Of a DNA stretch of 64,000 nucleotides, positions 10,489 to 23,170 are shown in pieces. Made by a program: the position numbers and the translations under genes. Position 1 is the first letter of the stretch, and each line of letters opens with the position of its first letter. The stretch is from Octopus sinensis. Its lineage: Eukaryota. The stretch spans positions 12,352 to 76,351 of the forward strand of contig NW_021833294.1 of NCBI RefSeq assembly GCF_006345805.1, given 5' to 3'. The notes below the pieces were generated by a model. It saw only the letters and a list, made by a program, of their open reading frames with translations, did no database searches and was not told where the DNA came from.

Positions 10489-13330
10489 CTAGCAGAGATA
10501 CCTGGCGTTGCCCGGTTACATTCAATTGAAGAATTAGACTTTTCTGTTGTATATATATGGATACACACACACACTATATATGTATATTAAAATATATATA
10601 CATGAAAGTACATGAAGTTTGTTAAAAAAAGGGGGATCATGTATATACCTCCTGGCTGTTGAGATTATAACACCTCGTTGTAAACAATGTTCCTTGTTTT
10701 TCCTTGTGGAGCATATACAAAAAGGTTTCTTTTGGTTCCTACTCTTGAGCAGCCAGCATACAGTTGCCCATGCGAGAAGGAGGGCTCTTCCAAGAGAAGA
10801 CCTGCTACAGAGAGGGTTTGACCCTGAGATTTGTTAATGGACATGGCAAAGCTGACATGAAGGGGGAATTGCAGTCTTCTGAATGTAAATGGAATTTCTG
10901 CTCCTGATGGAGTAAGAGGAATTCTTGGAATAAAGATGTCATCATCTTTTCCACATCCAGAAAGAATAATTGCCTCGATAACGTGTGACATCATTTTCTT
11001 TATCACCAGCTGTGTTCCATTGCAAAGTCTTGGTGGTTGATTAATTTTGTTAACAGCGACATTTTTTGGAGCTAATATTGCTCTTTCACACAGCCAATTG
11101 TGATTTTGGTAGTTTTGTGTGAAGTTGGAAAGACTTTGTTTTTGAGGTCATCCACAGAATTAACAACAGAGGAAAATGACCACACTTCCATTTGTCCTGC
11201 AGCATCGAGAGGCATCTTGCCTTCACCAAGTGTCAAAATGTCCTGTGCAAACTTTGTGGACATTTTGTCGCCATGTAGCTGAGCTCTCATGTTAGTAGTG
11301 AGACTGAGAATTGTAACATGATGCCACAGGGTAGAGGACTTTAGGTATGCTTAGACTTCATCTGCTCTAGTGCCTTTCGGAATGACAGGAAGAATTTGCC
11401 TGAAATCACCTGACAACAGAAGCGTTACACATCCCATTGGAGCCTGACAGTCTTGGATGTCTTTCAGGGCTCTATCTAATGCTTCCAAAGCTCCCTTGTG
11501 AGCCATAGTGCACTCATCCCAGACAATTACATAACACATTTAAAGTACTTGTCCCTGACCTGAGCTTTTGTTGATGTTGCATGAAGGCATTTCAAATGCT
11601 GCTAAATTGAGAGGAGTTTAAAAGTTAAGTGTGCTGTCCTGCCACCGGATAACAAAGTAGCTGCAATGCCAGAGGAGGCTACAGCTACTGCAATGTCCTG
11701 ATGCTGCCTAACTTCTGCAAGGAAAAGCTTTGTAATAAATGTTTTTTCTGTCTCTCTAGGAGCATCGAGGAAGAAGATTCGTTGGCATACACTGTTAAGA
11801 ATAGTTCTGTAGGCCTGCAGCTGGTCCGGAAATAATTTAGGCTCATTTTCAACAATGTACTTTGAAAGCGCTTGAGTGTCGTAGGTTGTTTCACAAATTA
11901 CAGCAGTGGGAAGGCTATTTGACCCTGACCTGAATGCTTGTGGCAGGCCATACGTCAACAATTCCTTTCCACCCAGTTTAGTAATTCTGTCTTCAATGTC
12001 AATGAATGTTTTGTTATAGATTTCATTGCTGATACCCTCCATGTCAGGATAGAGCAGTTGAGCTTAGCACTGAAAGTCTTCAGCCAGGTTGTCTCTATAT
12101 TTGAGCCATAGAGTGGCCGGATCACACAGTTCGCATGCCTGTAGTAATAATTCAAATAGTGCCCTGAGACTTTTAGGTGATTGTGATAAAGCAGCCTCTC
12201 CTAAAGTTGCATCCCATTGTGCACCATCTTCTAACAGACCTTGTGATAGCAGGCTTCTCTGTATGTTGTGCAGACATGTCCATGAACGGTTTTTAGGGCC
12301 TGGAAAGACGTTGGCCCTCTGACCTCATGCAGTAGTAGACAAAGGTAGAAGCACTCTTGTTGAGTGGGATGCACTGTGTATACTTTCCCAAGGCAAGTGT
12401 GAAACTTAATGCCAGGGTATCCATGAACATTTTGACCGTGGGGCCCATTTTTTTTCATTTCAAGTGTAGTACGATGGAATCTGTGGATACAGCACGGTTT
12501 GAGAAAATGGATCCACTTGACAAAGCTTGAAGAATGCAGTGAGTGTGCTATCCCTTGGTTCCTCTGCCAACAGAGAAGCATTAGCATTGGTAAAGTACAC
12601 TCTTTGACCATTTTCCAGGTGCACTGCAAGCTGTTGAATGGCGGGGTGTTGTTGGTGAATTGGAAACCAAAGATGCGCCAGAAAGCCTCGTTGCTACTTA
12701 TGTACCGTCCCACCTGATAATGCATCACCTCATCCTGGCAGTATTCTTGTTGATGTCCAAACATTGCAGTGTCAGAACCCTTGTTTACATATTTGCAAAC
12801 GTACTTGATGGATTTAATGGAGTTGCAAAACTCAACGTTGATGTGGGCATTGAAAGTCTTTGACAGGAGTGGGCAGTATGGAACAATCCATCTATTATCA
12901 ATATCGTGCTGTCCGATAGTTGCTGTGAAACCTCCGTCTTCTAGTTTTCTGCGTCTTTATGATGGATACCCATCAGCACCTGAGTTTCTTGTAGGAACCT
13001 CCTTGGAAATCCTTTTGAACATATGCTGTCCCTCAAGCATGGTGTGTTTATGTTGAATCCACGCCCACATGGACCATGTACCATGTTTGCTTTAACTATT
13101 TCGTATAGTTCTTTGTCTAAAGCTGGATCAGGAAGTTCTGCAGAGATTATGTTGTCGATGTCATTTGAATTGATCTTCGCTGAGAGCCAAAGCAGGATAT
13201 GAGCATGTGGAAGGCCCCTTTTTTGACACTCGATTGTGTACATGTCACTGTATGGGCCCAAAAACTTGCCCTTTTTGTATGAGCTCCATGAGAGAGATTA
13301 ACTTCAGATGGAAAACTTGGGCATTGAGAT
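10489..13330 (-). mobile_element. Decayed autonomous Helitron (Rep HUH plus PIF1 helicase) with intact 3' end
   Basis: Rep motif YTIECQKRGLPHAHILLW (12941-13261); helicase motifs FFLDAP..TEKT, VASSGIAA, VWDECTM, GDFRQILP, SFAMSINKSQGQTL; 3' hairpin 10500-10516 and CTAG 10489-10492; many frameshifts. Confidence 0.92.
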
Positions 13331-13457
13331 TCCGGTTCGAATGTAAGGCAGGTTTGAAAGTGTTCCCAACAGTTATTAGTTGTAGTGGTAGAGTGTTTAT
13401 GCCAAATATGTACGTATGCATGAATATATATATATGTATGTATGCCTGTATATATGT

Positions 13458-13592
13458 ACAAAATCCACTGAGAAGGCTTTTGTTGGTCTGAGGCTACAGC
13501 AGAAGACACATACCAAGTCACCACAGTGGGACTGAACCCAGGACCATGTGTTTGGAATGTAGTTTGTTACCACACAGCCACACCTGCCCCTA
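13458..13592 (-). mobile_element. tRNA-derived SINE
   Basis: A-box-like TGGCTGTGTGGTAA and B-box-like GGTTCAGTCCC on the minus strand. Confidence 0.75.
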
Positions 13593-13629
13593 TGTATGTG
13601 GTGTGTGTGTGCATATGTGTGTATGGGTA

Positions 13630-14552
13630 GATATATTATGCATGTATATATGTGTATATATATGTGTACATATTACATGTACATCTATATATATACATCT
13701 ACACATAAAATACAAAATACAAGGTTATATCTTGATATCGCTAGTGATAACAATACTCAAAATATATAACAGACTGGAAATGTAGGTCCGTCTCTTGCAA
13801 TTTCGATCAATTGGATCTTGTCCTCCCTCTTGTACGGCTGCAGTGAAATTCATTTTTGGACTTTCTTCTATCGAAGGCATTTTAACAAAAATGCTTCCAT
13901 AAAGACGGTGAAAATATTGTCAATTTCCCCAAACAGGGACACAATTCAATTTTTAAACAATAACCAAAGCCCCTTCTCCGAAAGCGGGGGGGTTATGGTT
14001 TACAATTATTTAACAAATGCAACACAACAACGTTTCCCTGATGAGGAACCAACAAACGTGATTACAATAGCCAAACAATAATAATAATAATAACAACAAA
14101 CCTTTTTAATTTATCCCCATTTATGTGAAACCACTTATTCAAGTTCAAGTCATTGATGCAATTTTATATGAATTGCTAATACACACACACACACATAATA
14201 AGGGTGAAAAATTGATTATTAATTTGATTAATATGAATTGAAAACCAGTGGTGTAGCATATAAGACCATAGCGGATCTTCTAGTAAAATGGATGACCATT
14301 GTTAATGGTTCATCCCTGTTATATAATACTTTCACTTTAATAGTTTCAGTATTAAAGTGAAAGTGTCTGCATTACAAAGAGAGATGTTTTGTTTCACTTT
14401 TAACACGTAATACTGAAATAGTGGAGAAGATATGATATTGCTGTGGGGTCGCCCTTAAGTAAGGCATGTGTAAAATTTGAATGAAGTTGGTTGTGTAGTT
14501 CTCAAGTTTTAGGAAAACACACAGACACACACACACACACACAATCTCAGTT

Positions 14553-14570
<18 letters not shown>
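13630..14570 (-). mobile_element. Helitron family A copy (5' end present, 3' hairpin missing)
   Basis: Colinear blocks shared with 9341-10370 and 19592-20853; 5' TCTATATATA..AAACTGAG end. Confidence 0.75.
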
Positions 14571-14598
<28 letters not shown>

Positions 14599-14890
14599 GT
14601 GAGTAAGAGGTGAGTGAGAGGAAGATGGTTTGGGAGGGAAGGAAGGATGAAGGTATGTAGATTTTCTGGTGTGCAGAAGTGAGGCAGTGCTCTGTGAGAA
14701 CTTTCGGTATAAGGGAAGAGTTTACTGGTATATGAGAAGAGATTACCACTATCGAGAGAAGGGATTTCCAGTACAAGAGAAGGGATTCCAGTACGAGAGA
14801 AGGGACTTCTAGTACATGAGAAGGGATTTCCGGTATAGGTGGTGGGGGCAGGAAAGGGTGGGTGCATCACTAACAGAAATGGAAGAAACG

Positions 14891-15679
14891 GCTAGCTTTT
14901 CCACAAGAAAATTGAAACACTGAAGCAAAGAATGATAGAGACACATGAGAATTATGATAAGCATTTAAAGAGATATGATTTTAGAAGTTATTAGAGAGAG
15001 TAACAAATTACAGGTTAGATTTGCCACAAGAAAATCGAAATAGCAGTGAAACTGAGAACGATAGCAACACATGAGAATTATGACAAGTATTTAAAGGATA
15101 CGATTCTAGATTCTAGAAATTATTAGAAAAAGTAGCAAATTACAGATCACAAAGTTATTTTAACTGAAGAATGTTAACATGTTAGTAGTAAATGTAAATG
15201 AATAAAAAGAATGATGAATGATTAAAAAACTAGAGACGTTTCTTAATTTAGTGGCTGGACATTTCGCGTCATGATATGATGGTGCCAAATAGCAGAGCAA
15301 GTTGAGTTTGAAAGATACCATGTGCAAAAGGGTTCTTTGTATAATCTACAGCTGGAAGTAGTCAAATAAGAGGCTGGTTTGCCACAAGAAAATCAAAATA
15401 GCAGCAAAGGACAATAAGGAAATGGAAGAGATGGCTAGCTTCACCTCAAGAAAATCGAAACAGGGAAGCAAGAGTGATAGAAACAAGAGAATTATGACAA
15501 GTATCTAAAGGGATACAATTCTAGAAGTTATTAAAGAAAGTAATGAATTACAGGTTAGCATCACCACAAAAAAATTGAAAAAGCAGCAAAGCAAAGAATA
15601 GACACACAAAAGAACTTATGTCAAGTATTTAAAGTAATATGATTTTAGATTCTAGAAATTATTAGAGAAAGTAATGAAT
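14891..15679. repeat. ~130-bp degenerate tandem units arranged as a duplicated dimer
   Basis: CCACAAGAAAAT..GAGAATTATGACAAGTAT..TTCTAGAAGTTATTA recurs near 14891, 15020, 15433 and 15560, with a partial unit at 15380. Confidence 0.75.
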
Positions 15680-16911
15680 TACAAGTGGGCTGAAAAGTTT
15701 ATAGTCTGATTATTAAGGAGTGATGCTAGAGCCATGAAATTCTGCATGCATTAATTCCAACACTTCTTATTCATAACTGTGTTCTTTCTTGCTAGACTGA
15801 CATCTCAATGTTCAAAGAAGACTTCAAAAATAACTAGTAGTGACTTCTCTTGAAAATAGTCAAAATTTAGCACCCTAATGTTATCAAGTATCTGCAGAAA
15901 AATGTTTTATACCCCTCACCACCAAGGACATTCATGCCAACATGGTTCCTACATTAGGGTGACGCTCCACCTTTATCAATAGTGCAAAAGTGGGCATCTG
16001 AATTTAGAATGGAACAGAGAATAAATGAAGATGACCCAAGGTCTGGACATCCTGAAACTGCCACCACTGAAGAAAAACATTGATCATGTTCATCACATGG
16101 TGAGGTTTACAGACAATGATAAATAGCCAATGTTGTTAGCATATCCTGTGAGAGAGTTGAAAATATTCTGCACAATGAATTTAGCATGATGAAGGTTTGT
16201 TCTTGGTGAATGTTTTGTCTTCTGACACCAGATCAAAAGCAAATCAGGCTGATCACATCATGGGAAAATCTGACATTGTTTGATGGATCTAGTTCAGTTC
16301 CTTGCACATTTCCAAACCCACGATGAGTGTTGGGCTCATCACTTTGAGTGAGAGACAGAGACAATTTATGCAGAGGAAACACTCCTCCTCACCTGCATCA
16401 GAGAAGACTATGGTTATTTCATTTTCAGGGAAGGCGATGGACATTGTGTTTATTGACTATCTTCAAAAGGGTTACACCATCAATGGAGAGTAATATGCAA
16501 ACTTGCTGAGGCAGTTGCGAAAGCCATTCAGAAAACTGACAAAATGGGGTTTGTTTTGTCAGGACAATGCTCCAATACACATGTCCTTGGTTTCAATGGC
16601 TGCTCTGTGTGATTGTAACTATGAACTGATTGATACTGATTGATCAATTTCCTCATTCTTCTGATTTGGACTCTTCTGACTATAATCTGTCCCCCAACAT
16701 GAAAAACTACTTGGTTAGGAATCAGTATTGCAGTGATAATGATGTGATATCTACTGTTGGCAACATTTTTGACCAACAGGATGAAATCTTCTTCACCAAT
16801 GGAAGAAATGTGTACACTGTAAAGGAGACTATGTTGAAAAATAAAAGTCGTTTGGTCACATTCCATAAGAGTATCTTGGTCACCCTATGAACTGTTCAAC
16901 CAACCCTTGTA
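15680..16911 (+). mobile_element. Mariner transposon relic, ~1.23 kb, TA-flanked with degenerate TIRs
   Basis: EDDPRSGHP, QDNAPIH and FPHSSDLDSSDYNL (YSPDLAPSDY-like) motifs. Ends TACAAGTGGGCTGAAAAGTTTATAG and, reverse-complemented, TACAAGGGTTGGTTGAACAGTTCATAG. Confidence 0.88.
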
Positions 16912-17340
16912 TATAGCAGAAGCAGCATTTAATATCCACTTTTACATGATTGCATACATAGATTAGATGGAATTTGTTGAGGCATATTTTCTATGGTAGG
17001 ATGACCTTCATGTTACCATGTCAACAACTTCGGCTGTTTCCAAGCAAGGTATATTTTTCCATAGCTAGATATATTTTCATAGAAGACTAAAGACAAAAAA
17101 AACCTTCCTTGTATGATGATAATGCATTTTACAACCATCATGTACGGTCTACAAAAGGGTACGTGCACACACACAAATACAACAGGCTTCTTTCAGATTC
17201 CATCTAACAAATCCACTCACAAGGCTTTGGTGAAACAGGTTATAAAAGAAGTCACTTTCTCAAGGTGCCATATGAGGGTGCTAAACTCTAAAACATATGA
17301 CTGGCAAGCAAGCTTCTCAGCTGCACAACCACACCTGTAC

Positions 17341-17530
17341 ATGAGGGGGTGCTGAAAAGTTCTTGGCTTTAAGAGTATCACAGCCTTCTGAGTTTTTTTT
17401 ACAGAGCTTAGAAAAATTGAAGGACGACTGCAATAAGTGTGTGAATCTGGGAGAGGAATATATTGAATGAAATTATAATTAACTAATCCTTTTCTACTCA
17501 AATCCAGAAACTTTTCAGCACCCTTTCATA
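17341..17530. mobile_element. Mariner-derived MITE, ~190 bp
   Basis: TIRs ATGAGGGGGTGCTGAAAAGTTC and AAACTTTTCAGCACCCTTTCAT. Confidence 0.75.
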
Positions 17531-17534
17531 TGTG

Positions 17535-17579
<45 letters not shown>

Positions 17580-17752
17580 TTGTGTGTGTGTGTGTGTGTG
17601 TATACATGTATATAAATTAGAGAAGAACCACCATGTAGCAATTCAACAATGATATACTTAAATTATACCATATAGAAAAAAATTAAAGATACAATAAAAC
17701 ATTTAACTAGAACTAAATAAAGTATGAAATAATAGTGTAAAATTAGTAAATA

Positions 17753-17833
17753 GACTACACGTGTCTTGTGGCTATATTTTCAAATTGATAACAGTAAAAT
17801 CAATTCAATTTAAATATAGTCACTCATCAGGTG
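17753..17833 (-). ncRNA. Degenerate type I hammerhead ribozyme motif (AT-rich family)
   Basis: CTGATGA, stem II GTGACTATA/TATAGCCAC, AAGA in place of GAAA, palindromic CACGTG, then TA-GTC. Confidence 0.5.
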
Positions 17834-17900
17834 CAAGATAAAAACGATAAAATAATTAAATAAATGTATGGATATTACCTTATAAGAAAATATAAATATA

Positions 17901-19289
17901 TCAACCTAGTCAACCTAGCTAAAACCAAAGTCCTAATAAGTAGGAAGGTAGACAAGTCACAAACGCCTTCAGGTAGATGGCCTTGCTTGATCTGTAGGAA
18001 AGGCGTAGGTAGAAACTCTATAAGATGCACCAAGTGTAAGCTATGGACACACAAGAGGTGCAGCAACGTCTTGTATGTGGAAGATGCTCAGGAGCAATAA
18101 ACACTGAAAATGCTCCGAGACCAACTTCCGTCACTTTCCAGGGAGAAAAACTAGAAATAGTTGATAGCTTCCGTTACCTAGGTGACCAAGTCAGTAGCGG
18201 GGGCGGGTGTGTTGAAAGTGTAACTGCTAGAGTAAGAATAGCTTGGGTAAAGTTCAGAGAGCTCTTACCTCTGCTAGGGACAAAAGGCCTCTCGCTCAGA
18301 GTAAAAGATAGACTGTATGATGCTTGTGTACAAACAGCCATGCTACATGACAGTGAAACATGGGCCGTGACTGCTGAGGATATGCGTAAGCTCGCAAGAA
18401 ATGAAGCCAGTATGCTCCAATGGATGTGTAATGTCAGTGTTCATCCTCGACAGAGTGTAAATACCTTGAGAGAGAAGTTGGACCTAAGAAGCATCAGTTG
18501 CGGTGTGCAAGAGAGACGTTTGCGCTGGTATGGCCATGTGGCGAGAATGGATGAAGATAGTTGTGTGAAAAAGTGTCACACCCTAGCTCTTGAGGGAATC
18601 TGTGGAACAGGCAGACCCAGGAAAACCTGGATGAGGTGGTGAGGCACGACCTTCGAACTTTAGGTCTCACCGAGGAAATGACTAGAGACCGAGACCTTTG
18701 GAAGTATGCTGTGCGTGAGAAGACCCGGCAGGACAAGTGAGACCATCATCCATGGCCTCAGTCCACTTATGCATACCTTTCCTTCTTGGGACACGAAACC
18801 CTACTTGTGAAGACCTGTTGAGGCAAGTGAAAGTCAAAAAATCAAAAATGGAAAAAATCAAAAATCAAAATTGATCAACATGAATGGAAACTGTTGCTGT
18901 GATATCAGTGCTGGTGGCACATAAGAGAACCATCTGAACGTGGCCGTTGCCAGTGCTGCCCTGACTGGCTTCCGTGCCGGTGGCACGTAAAAAGCACCAT
19001 CCAATCGTGGCCGTTGCCAGCCTGGCCTGGCCTCCGTGCAGGTGGCACGTAAAAAGCATCATCCGACCGTGGCCGTTGGCCAGACTTGTCTGGCACCTGT
19101 GCAGGTGGCACGTAAAAAGCACCCACTACACTCATGGAGTGGTTGGCGTTAGGAAGGGCATCCAGCCATAGAAACATTGCCAGATCAGACTGGGCCTGGT
19201 GCAGCCTTCTGGCTTCCCAGACCCCAGCTGCACCATCCAACCCATGCCAGCATGGAAAGCGGACGCTAAACGATGATGATGATGATGAT
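17901..19289 (+). mobile_element. 5'-truncated RTE LINE with 3' UTR and (GAT)n tail
   Basis: ORF 18043-18642 (FRYLGDQ, LRWYGHVARM, GRPRKTW); tail ends at 19289. Confidence 0.9.
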
Positions 19290-19591
19290 ATATATAAAAA
19301 TATGTAATTTTCTAATAAAAAAATCCAACAAAATTCAACAATATATCTTAAAACAAAAACACGAAATATCTTATCGAATATATTCTGATTATTAAATCTT
19401 TAAACTTAATACAAAGGACTAAGTGTTTATAATATATTTATATCATTAAAAACATGGTGTAAATAAAACTAGAATAAATAGATAGAAATATTTATTTCAT
19501 CTATGAAAATATATTTTAGCTTATAGAAGAAAAAATAACGAAAATTAAAAGTAATTAAAACAAAATAATTAAAACAATATATACATATATA

Positions 19592-20853
19592 CAAGCATTA
19601 TGACCTGTCATTGCTGGGTCATAGTACTAGTGCATGTATATATGTGTACATATTACATGTACATCTATATATATATACATCTACACTTAAAATACAAAAT
19701 ACAAAGTTATATCTTTCATAGTCGCACCAAGACACTTTTCGATGGTGCTTTCCTCCAGGTGTTCAAATCTTTTTTTTTTCTCTACATTGTATATTTTATA
19801 GACAATAGTCTTTTCTTTAATTTAATTTTTTATTTTGTTTGTTGGTGTTATCCTAGATTCACCGTCTTTGTCAGTAATCATTCCGAAATAGGCTTGTATT
19901 TCTTCCATTTTAATTTTAATGAGTTTGCACCTGCCGACGGCTTCAGTGAAATTCATTTTTGGACTTTCTTCTATTGACGGCATTCTAACAATAATGCTTC
20001 CGTGTAAACGGTGAAAATATTGTCAATTTCCCCAAACAGGGATACAATTCAATTTTTAAACAATAACCAAAGCTCCTTCTCCCAAAGGGGGAAGGTTACA
20101 GTTTACAATTATTTAACAAATGCAGCACAACAACGTTTCCCTTACGAGGAACCAACAAACGTGATAACAATAGTTAAACAGTAATAATAATAACAATTGT
20201 ATGCAGTTGAAGCTATAGTCCTTTATGTATAATAGTCCATCTGGACTATTCCATTTCTGCACGCTAATTTTATTTTCAATTTATTCCCATTCATGTGAAG
20301 CCACTTATTGAAGTTCAAGTCATTGATGCAATTTTATACCAATTGCTATTTTTACTTTTGTTATGTTACAATTATATTATACTTTAGTTTGATTTTAATT
20401 ACTACTTACTACATATAATTCAATTGTTATTATTATTTTTATTGTTAAAGTGAAAGCATCTGACATAAAATAGAGAAATGTTTTTGTTTCACTTTTAACA
20501 CATAATACTGAAATAGTGGACAAGATATGATATAGCTATGGGCTTGCTCTAGGCAAGAAGTTGAACATTTTTTTTGTCCATGAAACTACATGGACCCTAA
20601 GTAAGGCATGTGTAAAATTTGAATGAAATTGGTTGTGTAGTTCTCAAGTTTTAGGGAATCGTAGTGGAGAAGATATGATATTACTGTGGGCTCACCCTAG
20701 GCATGAAGTAAAAAATATTTTTTGCTGATGATACTCCCCAGACTCTAAGTAAAGCATGTGTAAAATTTGAATGAAATTGGTTGTGTAGTTCTCAAGTTTT
20801 AGGGAAACACACAGACAGACAGACACACATTCTCAGTTTTATATATATAGAGA
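19592..20853 (-). mobile_element. Non-autonomous Helitron family A, complete ends, internal ~147-bp tandem duplication
   Basis: 3' end CTTG with hairpin matches the reverse complement of 10330-10370; 5' TCTCTATATATATAAAACTGAG; duplication within 20515-20805. Confidence 0.8.
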
Positions 20854-20932
20854 TATATATATAAAATACATAATATACATTAAGTGAAGCTAAAATACAA
20901 TAATTTAATCTATATCCATTAAATTATTTATA

Positions 20933-22690
20933 TAAACTTAAACTTAGATAAACTTAGATGTGTTTCGACCAATGATTGGTCCAGGCCATGTCTAACTTAA
21001 TAGCACCACCTGATAGGATTATTTGAATCCTGTTTAAGTCAAGTTTTGCTTATGGTCCATTCAAGTAGTGAGTTTTTGTTGGGTGAGTTGTATCCAATTA
21101 TGGGTGGCTTATCTGGTATTCTTTGAAGGAATCTATCCAGACTCCGTTTAAAGTTGATGGGATCCTGTTCCTCTTTGATCTCTTTCGGGACAATGTTAAA
21201 AAGGGCAGGGCCTGTTGAGGAAAAGAAATTATGTTGTAGTGTATAAGTATGCTGTGATCTTGAATTGGGCAGGGGACGTATGATCCGTGGTCCCAGTCTT
21301 GGATGAACCTTGAAGGTCGTTTGGGCAAAGTTGGCGGTATATTCTCCACATCGTACAAATGATGTACCGCTCATGGCGACGCTGGAGAGAGTAGAGTTTC
21401 AAGGCTTTAAGGCGATCCCAATAATCGAGAGCAGCCATGCCTTCAATTCGTTTAGTGAGTGCTCTCTGGGGTGATTCAATCCTCGAGATGTTTTGTCTTG
21501 TATGGGGAGACCACAGTGGGCAGCAGTATTCGAGGTGTGGCCGTACAAAGGAGAAGAGTGGTATGATGACACCTTGTTCTCTGGACCGGAAAGTTCTTAA
21601 GATCCAGGAACTCATCCTACGAGCTATATCGACCTTCTTGTTGATGTGTGCACTCCAACTGAGATCGTCATCAACAATTACACCTAGGTCTCTGATGTTG
21701 TTAGAGGCTGTGAGCGGTTCCCCTGAAGGAAGAGAGTATGGCTGTTTTAGTGAGGAATTTCTTCCAAAATGCATCAGCTCAAATTTTCCCTCGTTCAGTT
21801 GCATTTTGTTTCTGTCTGCCCATTGACTCACAGCATATAGATCAGACTGGAGTTGAGTTCGGTCTGCTTCTTCATTGACGATTTGCTGGAGCTTGGTGTC
21901 ATCAGCAAATATTTTCACTTTGCAGTAATGTACGACACTGGAAAGGTCGTTTATGTAGATTATGAAGAGTAGCGGACCCAAGACAGTTCCCTGGGGGACA
22001 CCGCTGGTGACTTTTGCTGGGCTTGAGTGGACTCCATCAACTACAACATGTCGTGTTCTATTCGCCAGGAAATACTTGATCCAGTGTAGAACTTTTCCAC
22101 GGATTCCAACATTTGCCAATTTTGAGAGTAGGATATTATGGTCTACCCTGTCGAACGCTTTACTGAAGTCAAGATATATGACATCAGAGTTCGAACCTGT
22201 TCCCAAGGCTTTGAGTACATCTTCAATGTGGTGTAAGAGCTGTGTTAGACAGTCCCTGCCACAGCGAAAGCCATGCTGATTTGCATTTAGGAGTTTCTGG
22301 GTCTCCAGGAAGTCAGCCATCCTTGATCTTAACACTCTTTCAAACACTTTGATGATGTGAGAGGTGAGTGAGATTGGACGATAGTTGAGTGCGAGGGATC
22401 TGTTTCCCTGTTTGAAAACCGGGATGATTGACTGGGATAGAAACTGTTTCGGTATATAACCTGCATCTAACGAATTTCTCCAGAGGTTGGTCAGAGGGAC
22501 TGCAAGTTGGTGTCTACATTCCTTCAGGAGACTAGCGGGGAATCTATCAGGGCCTACAGCAGAGTAGTATTTGACCTCATTTATTGCTGCTATGATGTCA
22601 GTGGCAGTGAAGGTTATGTCCGAGATTTTATGTTGAGAGTCAACTTCGTTCGCTTCTCTAACGTCAATATCAGTGGGAAATCTTATTCTA
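20933..22690 (-). mobile_element. CR1-type LINE, 5'-truncated, short-repeat tail
   Basis: ORF 21229-22719: NYRPISLTS, QHGFR, YLDFSKAFDRV, GVPQGTVLGP, IFADDTK; tail of TAAGTT/TCTAAGTTTA-like repeats at 20933-20959. Confidence 0.9.
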
Positions 22691-22719
22691 ATTATGTAAT
22701 ATATACTAAAAAACTTCAT
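21229..22719 (-). pseudogene. CR1-type reverse transcriptase, open across the whole RT domain
   Basis: 496-aa ORF with FADD; frameshift near the C-terminus; no endonuclease domain. Confidence 0.88.
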
Positions 22720-22800
22720 TCTAACTTATATACATAATACTACTACAAACTATAACTACAATAATTAAAAATAGAAAAATGGTTCAAATATATACACACA

Positions 22801-23009
22801 AACTTTGAATAATTCTATTAATGAGTGTAACATTAAATCTATATATAAATTTATTATATAAGTTTAACTAATTTCATCATCATCATCATCATCATCGTTT
22901 AAAACGGATGTTAAACGATAATGATGTTGATGATGAAATTAGTTAAACTTATATAATAAATTTATATATAGATTTAATGTTACACTCATTAATAGAATTA
23001 TTCAAAGTT
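22801..23009. repeat. Near-perfect ~209-bp palindrome
   Basis: Arms 22801-22902 and 22911-23009, 8-nt spacer AACGGATG. Confidence 0.92.
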
Positions 23010-23170
23010 CCTATTATTATTAAAAGTATTTACTTAAATGCAATATTACATAACAAATAAAAATTCCTACCCATTCAATAAGATTTTGTCTTACAAAACT
23101 ATTTCCCAATGTAAATTTATGTAATACGTTAAGATTATCATTCACAAGATAATGACAATAATAAAAATAA

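Noticed and set aside
13540-13592. tRNA gene candidates (also near 4850 and 31200)
   Set aside because: Only A/B-box-like heads joined to SINE bodies; no full cloverleaf
14038-14044. CTGATGA in a Helitron copy
   Set aside because: No GAAA partner, and the paralogue at 20141 reads CTTACGA
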